DNA of 64,000 nucleotides from Mytilus californianus (lineage: Eukaryota): the NCBI RefSeq assembly GCF_021869535.1, contig NW_026262734.1, positions 91,326,001-91,390,000 on the forward strand, written 5' to 3'. The position numbers and the translations under genes were made by a program. Shown here in pieces: positions 50,392 through 62,344 of this stretch; within the stretch, counting starts at the first letter, position 1; every line of letters begins with the position of its first letter. The notes below the pieces were generated by a model. The model did not search any database and had not been told where the DNA came from. It worked only from the letters and a program-made list of their open reading frames with translations.

Positions 50392-53300
50392 TTAAATCAC
50401 AAAAATACTGAACTCCGAGGAAAATTCAAATCGGAAAGTCCCTAATCAAATGGCAAAATCAAAAGCACAAACACATCAAACGAATGGACAACAACTGTCA
50501 TATTACTGACTTGGTACAGGCATTTTCTTATGTAGAAAATGGTGGATTGAACCTGGTTTTATAGCGCTAAACCTCTCACTTGTATGACAGTCGCATCAAT
50601 TTCCATTATATTGACAACGATGCGTGCATAAACCAAACAGACATAATAGGTAAAAATGTCAAAATAGGGGTACAGCAGTCAACACCATGTAACAATCTTA
50701 ATCACAACAAAAACAAACAAATATTTAACAAAGAAGCACAAAAAAGCATATATCACATTTAACTACCTCGTTCATTGCTTTCTTATTTTTGTTTTTTATT
50801 CATGTATGCCAAATCAACCCATAAAAGATCGAGGGATTTTAAGCACTGGGACCGAATCGTAATTTTACCATAAACTCTGGCGTAGAATCGCGTGTTTGAC
50901 ATCAGAATAATAACGTCACACAGGTAGAGATATAAAATAATGCTGTCGTTCAAAGTATGCAAAAAATATACTAGAACAATAACACAAAGGCGGGATGTTT
51001 AAAGTATAGAGACACGTCAAATGTATCAAAGAAACATAAAAAGTCACACGGACAAAGCACACAAGTAAAAATGAAAAATAATACAAACAACACAATGACG
51101 GGATGCATAAGTACGTGGCCACGTCAAATGTATATCACCAAAAACAGATCAAACAGTAAAAATAATACTAATAAAGACAAGTAAAAGAACACTTTAACAC
51201 GTTATAAAGATGATAAACAGCGTCAGTACGCAGAATCTATACTTCAAGACCATTATGTATTATTTGTGATGTTGATACGGAATATTCATCAACAAGGTCT
51301 TGGTACATTCCGATGAACTTTTTTAGAAAAAGGACGAGACGTTCTTTGACATACCACTGGTTCATCAACTTTCTGCTCAGACACTGGTGACGTTTTACAA
51401 AGTCTGAGTAGGAGCTGCAATCTCTTGCATACCGAATAAGTTGGGAAATGTATATCCCATATGCAGGTGAAGTTGGTATATTGCTACTAAGGTGGCGGAA
51501 ATTGATAATTTTAAAATTAAAATCGTCTCGTTTGTCATAGATTCTGGTACTGAGATGACTGTGTATGTCAAATTCAAGGTATAAGTCTAAAAATGAGGCG
51601 GAGGAAACCGTGTCTGCTGTTTCTTTAATTTATAGTTCTGGGGGATATATTAATGGAACCCAATCAGAAAAGTTCGGATTGTTAATGGAAAGAACATCAT
51701 CAATATATCTGAAAGTGAAATTAAATAATCTGGCTTCTTTGATCTTCTTGTTTTTGACAAGTTTCTGAAGGAACCCCGATTCATATGAAAATAAGAAGAG
51801 GTCGGCAAGGAGAGGCGCACAGTTCGTTCAAATAGGAATGCCGACAATTTGTTGAAAAAGTCTACCTCCAAATTCATCAAAAATGTTGTCGATAAGAAAC
51901 TCCAGCATACTTATCACTTGTTCCTCTGTGTGGCATGTTTTACCCTTTTGTTCTCTATTAACAAAGTATGCCTTATGGTGTCCCAAAGTAATAAAGTTAT
52001 AGCGTATGCTACCATTTTTATGTTGAAAGGCATTTTGATTATTTCTTTTAGGCGATTTTTCAGTTTCACATGGGGAATGGTGGTATACAGGGTTGAAAAA
52101 TCAAAAGTTTTGATAGAACTAATTTCAGAAAAAGACCGAGATTTAAAATTATCCAGAAGTTCTTTAGAATTTTTAAGAATCCACATATGATTAATACCAC
52201 TAAGCGAGTAAACAGTTTCACGGTATTTCTGAAGACCCTCGTTCAATGCGGACAGTATTTTAGTCAATCTAATGGACAATTCTTTGGTGGAAAATGCAGA
52301 TAAGCCGGCAACGTACCGTTGTTTGTATGGAATTTTGTGAAGCTTAGGTATCCAATACAAACAAGGTAAGTCCTCTGATTTTTTGTTCAATTTAATGTTC
52401 ATTGAAACCATAAAGGACTTATGATTCGCCAAAGTCTCATCCTTGTCAAATGATATGTCCTTGTATGTGGGATTACCTGAGCGCTCATTTATTCCTAATT
52501 CTTTTACAAAACATTCGAAGTAATACGATTTACATACAAAGACAATATTATTTGAAGCTTTGTCCGCATGATCAACAACATACTTATCATGAAGAGATGA
52601 TAGACATTTCACAGCCTCTTTTTCTCTGAAAATGGACTTTGGTCGATCATTCACTCAGTTTTTCAACATATGAATGCGAGGTTTTATCAGAGACCTGATT
52701 GTTTTGACCCATTCTGACAAAGTGTCCTGTTCAACTTCTTCTCTTTTAACATGTTTAGCCCATACTCTGGCGTAGTCCTCAATGGAATCCATAATTATTT
52801 TGAAGTTATGGTTCCAATTGATGTGTTGGGGTTCTCTAAACTTAGGACCATAGGAAATCACCTTTCGGAGATTTTCATGTTGAATTATGTTTAGATCCCA
52901 AGTAATAACATGACCAGAGGGGCTGTAATTATGAGGCGAGTGGGAACAGTCACATGTCAGAGGGTTTTTTTAGGTATTGTTCTAAATCAAGGTCCTGCAA
53001 TGCTTGTTTATAGTTAAATACTTTGGGTGCAATGGTTTTGGTGTAACTGTAGGATACAATAGGAACAGACTGATTTTGAAAATAAATAGGAATTTTAGAT
53101 GTTACCTCCTTGTGATGTAGAACGTTGCAGATGTTGATTGCATCAATTCCTCTATTGGTAAAGTGAACAGGAAGGAATTTCCTCTTTTCCTCATGTAAAG
53201 GTTCCGATCTTACTGGTTTGAAAAGACGGAAAAGAGTTACATCACAAATTATACTGACAAGTCTGTATATTGGAGAAAATATATTGATGCATCCATTGTC

Positions 53301-54632
53301 AAGAGCATAATCTCTCAAACATTTAAGAAAATATCAGGCAGTGAAAAAAGAATAGTTCTAATGTAATGTAACCCTAGCAGATGATGAAGATGTGGAAGAA
53401 GGTCATCAAAGCTCCCAGAGGGCGATCTAGATTTGGAAGACTTTTTTTACATTAGGCCGATGGTAATGTTTTTGTCCATGACTACGTTGTCGTCGTAAGG
53501 TAGTATTAAATAAACTCATTACATTAACATCACTGCAGGCTGGACTTGACAAATTTACTACTCCTTTGACATTATCATTGCAACCATATGCCATTGCAGT
53601 ACCTAATTCCCTTATCCAGAAATTTTCTCTATCTTTTCGGAAAGGAGTACTTAGTACAGGGCTATTTATGTGGTGATAAATTTTCTCGATGATGAATACT
53701 TTCATAGATAAAGAAGGATCATGGTCCGGTTGATTAAAATGGTTATAAAGAACCCTGAATTGCGGATCTTTTTTATCAGACCGGTGTTGATTCACCCTTT
53801 TACGCAAAGTTTGTCGAGTTTCACCAACATAAAGTAGCCCACACAAAGTACATTCAATTCCGTACACGACATTGTCCGTGGAACAGTCCAGAGGCTCGAA
53901 AGATTTAGTATAATACGCTTTACCTTTTAAATTACTGGTAAAATCAGGAGTCCTGATTAACATATTACATGTCTTACACGTGCTCCTTTTTCCTTTTTTA
54001 TGTTTACAAGATGAAATGATAGGTGTTGATTCACTTGTAGCAGGTGTCTTTAAACAGACAAAAATATTAACGCAACATGGCTTTAATTTATGAACAGTAT
54101 CTGAATATTTAAAATAGTATTTAACTTCTGGCTGAACATACGTCAAATCAGGGGTATCCCTGAGCATATTCCGTGGAACACACAAATCAAATGCTACAGT
54201 GTTCCGTGCAGCAAGGACCTTGGTAACCCGGGAGACGTCCCAGCCGGTTTCTTCTTTGTATTATTTGTTTTCATCATGCATAAAGCTACCAAGTTAATGA
54301 TGCCCTCGGGGAATAATCCACCAGCAGTAAAGTTTCTTCTAGGAAGAAACTTGACATCGACTTGGTTGTAGTAAAAAGTTAAATCACAGAAATACTGAAC
54401 TCCGAGGAAATTCAAAACGGAAAGTCCCTAATCAAATGGCAAAATCAAAAGCACAAACACATCAAACGAATGGACAACAACTGTCATATTCCTGACTTGG
54501 AACAGGCATTTTCTTATGTAGAAAATGGTGGATTGAACCTGGTTTTATAGCGCTAAACCTCTCACTTGTATGACAGTCGAATCAAATTCCATTATATTGA
54601 CAACAATGCGTGAATAAGACAAACAGACATAA
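50392..54632 (-). mobile_element. Near-full-length Naiad-type Penelope-like retroelement (N-terminal GIY-YIG, CxC, RT) between direct pseudo-LTRs
   Basis: Domain order on the minus strand: GIY-YIG (NVVYGIECTLCGLLYVGET..RKRVNQHR..RENFWIREL), CDC motif (52946-52954), then RT (WIPKLHK; FDFSTLYT; GIP..NCAPLLADLFL; YIDD at 51696-51707) ending at TAG 51237. ~255-bp direct repeats lie at 50392-50646 and 54379-54632. Confidence 0.93.
51237..54185 (-). pseudogene. Disrupted Naiad EN-RT ORF
   Basis: Frameshifts near 53430, 53320, 52955 and 52035. In-frame stops are TGA 52655-52657, TGA 51828-51830 and TAA 51630-51632. Confidence 0.9.
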
Positions 54633-56039
54633 AGAAGTCAAATCAAGATTACAATCGGCACAATTTGGGAGTAAAATTAACTGTTTCTTTTTACACGACA
54701 AAATTATCGGAAAATAAATTTTCCGCCCATGATTGCACCGATTATATGATTGATTTTACTTGTTTGGGTTGCTCTTACTTGACCGCGTACCGGGATGTCC
54801 CAACACGAAGTAGGTAACCTGTTGAAAAATTATACAATCCGGAGTCAAAAGTCGGTAATATGAGAATAGTCTAGGATCCGGATGAAGGTAAGAAAGAAGC
54901 AATTATGTTAATACAAGTACCAGAAAAGTTCACGGGATCGAGGCCATTCCTCTTTTGTTTTTGGCAAGCCCCTTTAGGCTCGGTTTAGTGCATTTTCAGT
55001 GCACTGATCCTGACCCGCTCTTTTTTGGGGGGAACATTAGTCCTGTTTTCCTTCTCCGTGACGATATGCATGACATATGTATTACTTAACATCACGTAAG
55101 CAGCAATCAATTATATTACGGAGACGTAAATAAGCATCCAATCAATCAATGCATGTGAAATATTTGTCCATGGATATTTACAGAACAGGCAGTAGAAATG
55201 TTTGTCAAATTTTTCAACATGCCAAAATATTTGAAAATAGTCCGTGTGAGAATCATATGTAAAAATATGAAATCTTGAATCAAATGGTACATGATATAAG
55301 AATAACATTTATCTTAATATTGTAACAATATCAGTCAGAAGTAAGTTAAAATGTTGCTTCTTAATTTGATACAATCAAATCTATAAATGCACAATCATAT
55401 ATGATAATTTTTATGTTAATATTTTGGGAAATGGATAACATATGTCAAAAGGAAATATAACTGTAGTAATCAACACCACTTGTATTATGCGGTGGGGATG
55501 AGCAATACATTGAAAGATCACGGATGGACCAAACATTGATACTTCAAAATAATTGTGTACAATCTTACAGTAAATTGTTAGCAACCCACTTCTTGTTTCG
55601 TGACATACAAATGATTAAACCGTCTGATAATAAAGCATAAAACAAAGCAGATAATTTTTAATTCAAGGTCATTAAAATAAATAATATCCTGAACATCGAA
55701 AAACTATTTTTGCCTCAAATTTCTCAGTCAAACGCATCTTTAATCGTGCTATCCGACCTGTAAAAATATATTGTTTTTTTTTCTAATATGTTTTTTAAAA
55801 ACGTAACCCAGGAGCGTCGAGGATTTATCTTCGTTAAGGTACTCTCACCAACAAAATTAACGACCCTAATTACGAGAATCTAAAGCAGAATTTTGCCCAA
55901 ATGATGACATTTCCTTGCCAATAACATTACATTCAAAGAACAACTTACTCTTAATTTGTCTGAAATCAACCTAAATACAAATGTAGGCAATGTTGGTTCA
56001 TCAGTGTTAAAAATTAAGATAAGAAACAAAAGATGATGG

Positions 56040-56530
56040 AATCGCAAGAACTCAAAGGAGCGAGACCTGGTGCATCAACAAGGTAAGCGTCTCTGGATAT
56101 GCACGCATCATCCGCCTTGCGAATCAACACGCAGTCAAAATATCAGAACAGGAAATAGAAGACAATCGGTAAAATTACAGATAAGATGACTTAGCTGGTT
56201 ACTATAGATCTAAGGCCGCGAAAACATGTCACAGTGACTGGAGAGTTAAGACACAAACGCGTTCAATGTATCGGTCAACCAATTCATTATGACGAATATA
56301 ATTATGTAGTTTCGATCTCAGTCGTTCGTCCTCATTATAATGTTGTATCAGTTTTGTGTAGAAAAAAAAAAGGAGCACTCCCCTTTGAATGAAGTTCCTA
56401 TAGTGTGAAAGTGCACGAGCGTAACGTATTAGTTTGGATATGTAGCCATACGATGGGGCAGGGTATCTTACTCTTGACAAATGGAAAGTTAAACACGATT
56501 GTCGTATGGAAGATTTACTGTAACTTATCA
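56040..56530 (-). mobile_element. Decayed Penelope-like (Naiad-type) RT C-terminal fragment, third variant
   Basis: ORF 56229-56585 contains PAPSYGYISKLIRYARA..RHNELVDRY. Confidence 0.75.
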
Positions 56531-57181
56531 CCCGCCTACATGTCAGCATTTCTAGGTTGATATGAGTTATCATTGATATGGTCATACTTATACATTATCT
56601 GTTTACAAATCTCTTTTTTTCTCGGATTACTAAGGATTTTATAGGGATAGATTATCTTAGTTGTAAATGGCAAAACCTGAAATGACTATCTTCATAATTG
56701 TTGGTAAATTTATAGACAAACTGGGAAAAATCCACATCTTCTTATAGGAAAATTATGTGACTGTATATAGAATAACGGGTTAGATTTATATGTTTGGTCA
56801 AAGACATAAGTAAACATTTTCAATCACAATATTGTGACACTTAGAATTCTATATATCATTTGTTTACATGTTTTGAAAAAACTAAAATCGATATTGGCAT
56901 TAAAAACTAAATATGGGACGATATGTAAACCGTTGATGATTAAACAAGATGTGACACATATTATGTCAGGAATTTATCAAACTAGCAATGAAGGTAAAGA
57001 AATTCAGAATCAGGATGAGCTATACATATTAAATGTATTAGGAGGGATGATAGCTATAGAATTAAATTTATATCCGCTAGAAGGGAGAAATTGGAGTCAA
57101 TGATACTAACTTTGGGGGAAAAAAGACATTTTTTGGTCATTGAATAACATAATCGACGAACAACAATAAATACTGTTTTTG

Positions 57182-57815
57182 TTATCTAACTTTGAAATTA
57201 GTTAGATTGTTTATTATTTTGTTATGGTCACTTGTGTTTCTAATTTGCCGTATTGCTTCACCTTGAATAAATCCTCGGAATACATGCTGTGAGTGACAAC
57301 TATTTCTGTGCAAATAGAGAGAAGAATTTGTTTCTTTAAAATGTATTTCAAGGTCAAGAATGCCATGTGTTGTAAATCTTTTACCTTTAATTACATCAAC
57401 ATCTAAGAACGACATTTTATCGTTTGAGATTTCATATGGTGAACTTTAATAAAGGGTTATAATTATTTGCTAGACAAAAAAAATCTATAACTTCATCTGA
57501 TGTTTCATCATATATTATGAATCCGTTGTCTCTATATCTGCCACGATAGAATATTTTGTCTTAATGTTGAAATGCAGAAATTATTTGATTCATTATTTCG
57601 ATCATGAGTATGTCACAGATTTCCGGTGAAGGAACTGCACCAATTGCCGTACCTATTATTTGTTCATAAATCTTTCCATCAAATTCAAATACATTGTTTT
57701 CTAAAATGAGTCTCAACAAATGTATTAATACATTGACAGGCGGAGCATTGACTTTGAAGTTTGAATAGTCAAAACTGTATTAGGCTCGTTCAACAGCACT
57801 TGATAATGCTTCTTG
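57182..57815 (-). mobile_element. Penelope-like RT core fragment of a non-Naiad type
   Basis: LLRLILENNVFEFDGKIYEQIIGTAIGAVPSPEICDI...GRYRDNGF...LLKFT / SFLDVDVIKGKRF..GILDLEIHFKETNSSLYLHRNSCH..VFRGFIQGEAIR. It contains a stop and a frameshift, and the catalytic YRDD reads YRDN. Confidence 0.85.
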
Positions 57816-57917
57816 AGCAAGATCTTTTATATATGCAGACAGATTTTGAACTGTAGGTATAAGAAAACAAGTTGCTTTCATTATATAAAAGAAAAGCAAT
57901 ACGTGAACCCAAGACCG

Positions 57918-58668
57918 CTGACTTATCATATTCTGGTTTAACATCATCTACAATCAATACATACTTATCCGGGATTAGCCATAAACATAAATTATTAGGT
58001 GTAACTGACACTACATGTACTTTTATAGTTTCTAAAATGTTAGAGGGAGTTCGAAGGAAGAGTCCCAAATTATCAGATATTCGCGCTCCTGTTACTTTAG
58101 AAATTTTGCACAAAATTATACGATCACTCTCATCCGTTTGCTCTTCTCATTATGAATCTTGTCTGTTCGCTTCTGCATTTAGTCTTGCATTTTTTGCTTT
58201 ATTAAGAATAGGTGAGCTCACGGCTGATACGAGTACAGATATCGGAGCCCACACAATTTTCATTAATGATCTGTCATTGAAATTTTCAAATTGTAAATAT
58301 AATTGCATTTGAAGATTTGCAGTTCGAAAGCTGACCAGAGAGGTATTTCAACGACTTTGGTTATTCCTCAAAGGGAGGCAGATCTTTGTCCTGTGAGCAT
58401 GTTGCGTGCTTTTTTGGGAATAAGATATCCTGCTATTGACAAACCCTTGTATTTACATTTCAATGGGTCTCCATTGACTCGTTTTCAGTTTATTTCTATA
58501 CTTAAGAAAACCCTGTATTTTTGTGGCGTTAAAGACCACATCCGATCACATTCGTTTAGAATAGGCGGAGCATCGCATTATAGCAGAATGGGGGCTTCGG
58601 ATTCAGAAATTAATAAGTGGGGACGTTGGGTTTCTGATGCATACACGAGTTACATTCGGATTTGGTAG
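57918..58668 (+). pseudogene. DIRS-type tyrosine recombinase, N-terminally truncated, one frameshift (~58305)
   Basis: AFFALLRIGEL (Arg), SKADQ (Lys), SHSFRIG (HxxR), GRW.SDAY..YIR (Trp/Tyr). Confidence 0.92.
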
Positions 58669-58712
58669 ATTTTATAGATACGAAGATCTTCGAAACTGTA
58701 TTTTAATATGTT

Positions 58713-59360
58713 TTGAAAAGGTTTAAACAAAACAGGACTTTTAAGAATTTTGTCATTGTAGAACCCTGTCAAGTTTGGGTCATGGGATCATCTATTGTAT
58801 ATTGGGCGGCCAGAAGCATTAAGAGAAGACCAGGGGTTCAAAACCTCGGATTACAGTCAAAAGGTTATAATTTTCATTGGTATGGCCAGCGAGGGATGAA
58901 ATGGAAAAAATTGTTACCTTCAGTTGAAGAAAATCTTAGATGTTATCCACCTCCACAAATTTTGATCATACATTTGGGTTCTAACGATTTGGGTTTAATC
59001 AAAGGAAAAGAGCTTATTGAGCAGATAAGGTTGGACATTATGCGATTACATGTGTTATTGCCAAATCTCTACTTGGTATTGAGTGAAATTTTGCCTCGTA
59101 GATACTGGCACTTGGCAGAAAATCAGGTGGCTATCAATTCGACTCGTAAACGAGTGAATGCAGCTGTTCGTAATATATTCAAAGAAGAATTAAATCATGG
59201 TCTTGTAATTTGCCATCCAAATATAAAAGCTCAAGAAAGAGATTTGTTCAGGCATGACGGAGTGCACTTGTCAGATGTAGGTTATGATGTTTTCTTAAAT
59301 AATGTTCAGGGAGCTTTGGAGTTGTTTGCAAGTTCTGACTGTCGAGTATTTCCTAATTGA
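58713..59360 (+). CDS. SGNH/GDSL hydrolase-like ORF of an Ngaro element (open, 215 aa from TTG)
   Basis: Blocks GSS (WVMGSSIV), GQRG, HLGSND and DGVH are all present with no stop. The true start codon is uncertain. Confidence 0.85.
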   Translation: MKRFKQNRTFKNFVIVEPCQVWVMGSSIVYWAARSIKRRPGVQNLGLQSKGYNFHWYGQRGMKWKKLLPSVEENLRCYPPPQILIIHLGSNDLGLIKGKELIEQIRLDIMRLHVLLPNLYLVLSEILPRRYWHLAENQVAINSTRKRVNAAVRNIFKEELNHGLVICHPNIKAQERDLFRHDGVHLSDVGYDVFLNNVQGALELFASSDCRVFPN

Positions 59361-60309
59361 TGAGTTAATTGTATTTTAGTACGGGTAGTAAACTCGTTTC
59401 GTTGGGGATGAGAGTGTATAGACCTTCTCATTTGGCGGGATCTGGCAAGATGACAGGAGGGTCATGACCCTATAATTCTACGTTAGACCATTTGTTAAAA
59501 TATTCTCCTGTGGTGCCACAGGGAAGTTGTGTTTTTTTATAAATGGCTTTCTCTTGTTTACCAGAGCGGCCGGTTCATCACTGTTACCAGTTTTGAATTT
59601 TATCCTCCGAGTACCGAGGAAGCGTTATTCAAGTTATGGCCTAGCGTCAGTGTGGGGTCTTGCTCCTCGTTCACTCTAATTTTCCTTAGAGGAACTTTTG
59701 TTACTTCTGTTACCAGAAGAACACCTACTTGCCAATAATAAAAATGCCGGCGGTTTGTATCGTCTTGCCAGACCTCGTTTACTGTTTTTTCTCTGCGGCC
59801 GATTTTATTCCACTTAAGATTTCTTGAATTATTTAGTTTTAAGGAGTTGCGGAATGATCGCCTATGAGACAACTCGATTGTACAAACAACGTTGGTATTA
59901 GCATCTAAAGGTTACCGTACAACCTTCAACAATGAGCAAAACATTTACCATATGCGGCCGGTTTTATTCCACACATTATTTCTTGAATTATTTTAATCTT
60001 TAATTAAAGGAAGAGACCGATTTCAATGAGCCGCAACTCCTCTGAAACAATACAAAGTCGGATATATTTGTAATATGACGTATAATTGTAGTGTTTAGTA
60101 CTTCCTAAGTTTGTCTTTGAAACAATTTTTTTTTTCCACAGAAAAATCCAATTTTTGAGAAAATATCCAAATTCGGAGACCGTTTTCGATCCGTGTCTTA
60201 CACTCTTTCGCGCATGCTCAGTCTATGTACAGTCCGCGAAATCTATAATACTAAAAAAACGAGGGCATGAACTTCTACGGAAGCCCAGAGGGGACCTACA
60301 AAAAAATAA

Positions 60310-60735
60310 TATTATATCGTTATCTCAATATATATATCGTTATTTCGATATAATTAAATCGTTATCTCGATATGTTTATCTCGTTATCTCGATATTTATA
60401 TCGTTATATCGATATATTTATTTCGTTATCTCGATATAATTATATCGTTATCTCCATATATTTATTTCGTTATATCAATATATATATCGTTATTTCGATA
60501 TAATTAAATCGTTACCTCGATATATTTATCTCGATATTTATTTCGTTATATCGATATATTTATTTCGTTATCTCGATATAATGATATCGTTATCTCGATA
60601 TTTATATCGTTATTTCGATATTTTTTTTGTTATATCGATATAAATGTATCGTTATCTCCATATATTTATTTCGTTAAATCGTTATCTCTATATAATTTTA
60701 TCGTTATCACGATATAATTAAATCTTTATCTGGAT
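60310..60735. repeat. ~20-22-bp minisatellite (core tatcgttatctcgata), about 20 copies
   Basis: Direct inspection. Confidence 0.93.
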
Positions 60736-61379
60736 ATATAGTTAAGGTTGGGTGGGATTATTGCACCTTTTTTGCAAATAACTCAAAAACTTACACATAT
60801 ATCAAAATTCTAGCAGAGGGTAAAATTGATTAGTACATAATGATCTGTATCTGCCAAATTTTAAGTTTAGGTTGATCGGAAAACTTATTTAAGAGCTATG
60901 GGCCTATATTTGCAATTTTTTCAAATCTTCATATTAGTTTTGACAATATCTTGAAAGTCGTAAAAGCTAGAGCCTTTTTTAGTTTTTCATCAATATTCCA
61001 TTTACAGAAATGTCATTTATCCAGGAGCAATAGAAAGCTATCAAAGTCCACTTCAATCTTTATTTAACAATGAGATTAAGAAATGCACAGTTTGCTATGC
61101 ATAATGATAAGCGCATACAATATCAAAAAAATATAAATGCATGATAATTATATAAAGGCTTTCATTAGTAGAAGATATGGAAATATAGAAAGTTATTTTG
61201 AAACTTTAGGCGAAATGTATGTCTTACTCTAAAAGAAGTATATAAATATATGCAGTGTTGTATATGTATATCTATTATATACTTAGTAGTAAATACAGAT
61301 AAATTGTATGTGTAATACAATCATTGGCAAGCGTGCTGTGTCAGCCACCCGTGATGATATCGAGATCAGCACGGTTGCA

Positions 61380-61920
61380 AAGGCTTTATCACACCTTTAA
61401 TCTATATGACGTCACGTCATCGATTGCAGTCACTGTTGCAAAGGCTTTATCAAACCCCTAATCTGTATGACGTCATGTCAAACCTCTATTCTGTATGACG
61501 TCATTTCAACCCCCTTATCTGTATGACGTCATGTCACATTAAACACATCTACGTGAGGTATATGTATATAATAAAGTGTATATGATATACATTTTTCAAT
61601 ATCACACACCGTATCAACCCTCAACCAATATAATCCCTCGAGCAGAGCTCTTGGGATTATATTGCTGTCTCGGGTTGATACGGATGTGATATTGAAAAAG
61701 CCATATGATATTCTCTATATATTTTAAAATACGTCTAAATATTAGCCCAACAATGTTAGGTCTGTAAATTTTCTCTCGCAATTTTTTTGTTCTCTCCTCG
61801 CCGGGATTCGAGCTCCTGATATATCGTGGCACCAAATCGCCTTGCACTATGCCCGACGCGCTAGACCACATAGGCTCTACAATAATAAAGCTTTCGGTGG
61901 CCGGATGTTACTTTTCCTCG
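61380..61920 (-). mobile_element. Composite non-autonomous element: short tandem repeats, ~45-bp hairpin (61592-61699), tRNA-derived module (~61750-61870, minus)
   Basis: The hairpin arms are ccgtatcaaccc/gggttgatacgg and caatataatccc/gggattatattg. The module is homologous to 24410-24560. Confidence 0.65.
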
Positions 61921-62344
61921 TCGTATATTTTATAATATATATATACATATACAACACTGCATATATTTATATGCTTCTTTTAGAGTAAGAAATACATTTC
62001 GCCTAAATTTTCAAAATTACTGTTTCTTATTTGTTTTTATCGATTAAATCAAATCCATTCAATTCAAATTTTAGATTAAAAGCTAGAGTCTTAGTTTAAA
62101 TTGGAAATTGATCAGATCATTAAGAGCTACAATAAAGTCTTGTGGGCAAAACTTTCAGATTTTGCTTCTCTTAAAATACCCAAATTTACAGATTTTCGCA
62201 TATTTTTGCTTATTTATTGAAAACTATAGGCCCCAGGTTTGCTTGAACATTTTTTTCTTTTTTATAGTATACACAAGGTCAGTAACTCGATAAATCAAAA
62301 ATATGGTCTTCGTTTTCTCGTTGTATTTTATTGATGTATGATTA

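Larger units (their letters stand above)
57918..59790 (+). mobile_element. 3' half of an Ngaro-type DIRS (tyrosine-recombinase) retrotransposon
   Basis: A YR ORF is followed directly by an SGNH-hydrolase ORF and a hairpin-rich 3' region. The gag/RT/RH half is absent. Confidence 0.8.

Noticed and set aside
57182-59360. Single intact RT + YR retrotransposon
   Set aside because: The RT is Penelope-type and on the opposite strand, not the DIRS RT/RNase H expected upstream of the YR. Both are truncated at the junction.
59358-59405. Hammerhead-like tgatgag...gtttcg after the SGNH stop
   Set aside because: The CUGANGA and GAAA halves fall on opposite strands and the stems cannot be completed.
60310-60735. 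CRISPR-like array
   Set aside because: The units are contiguous degenerate ~21-mers with no unique spacers, in a eukaryotic context with no cas genes.
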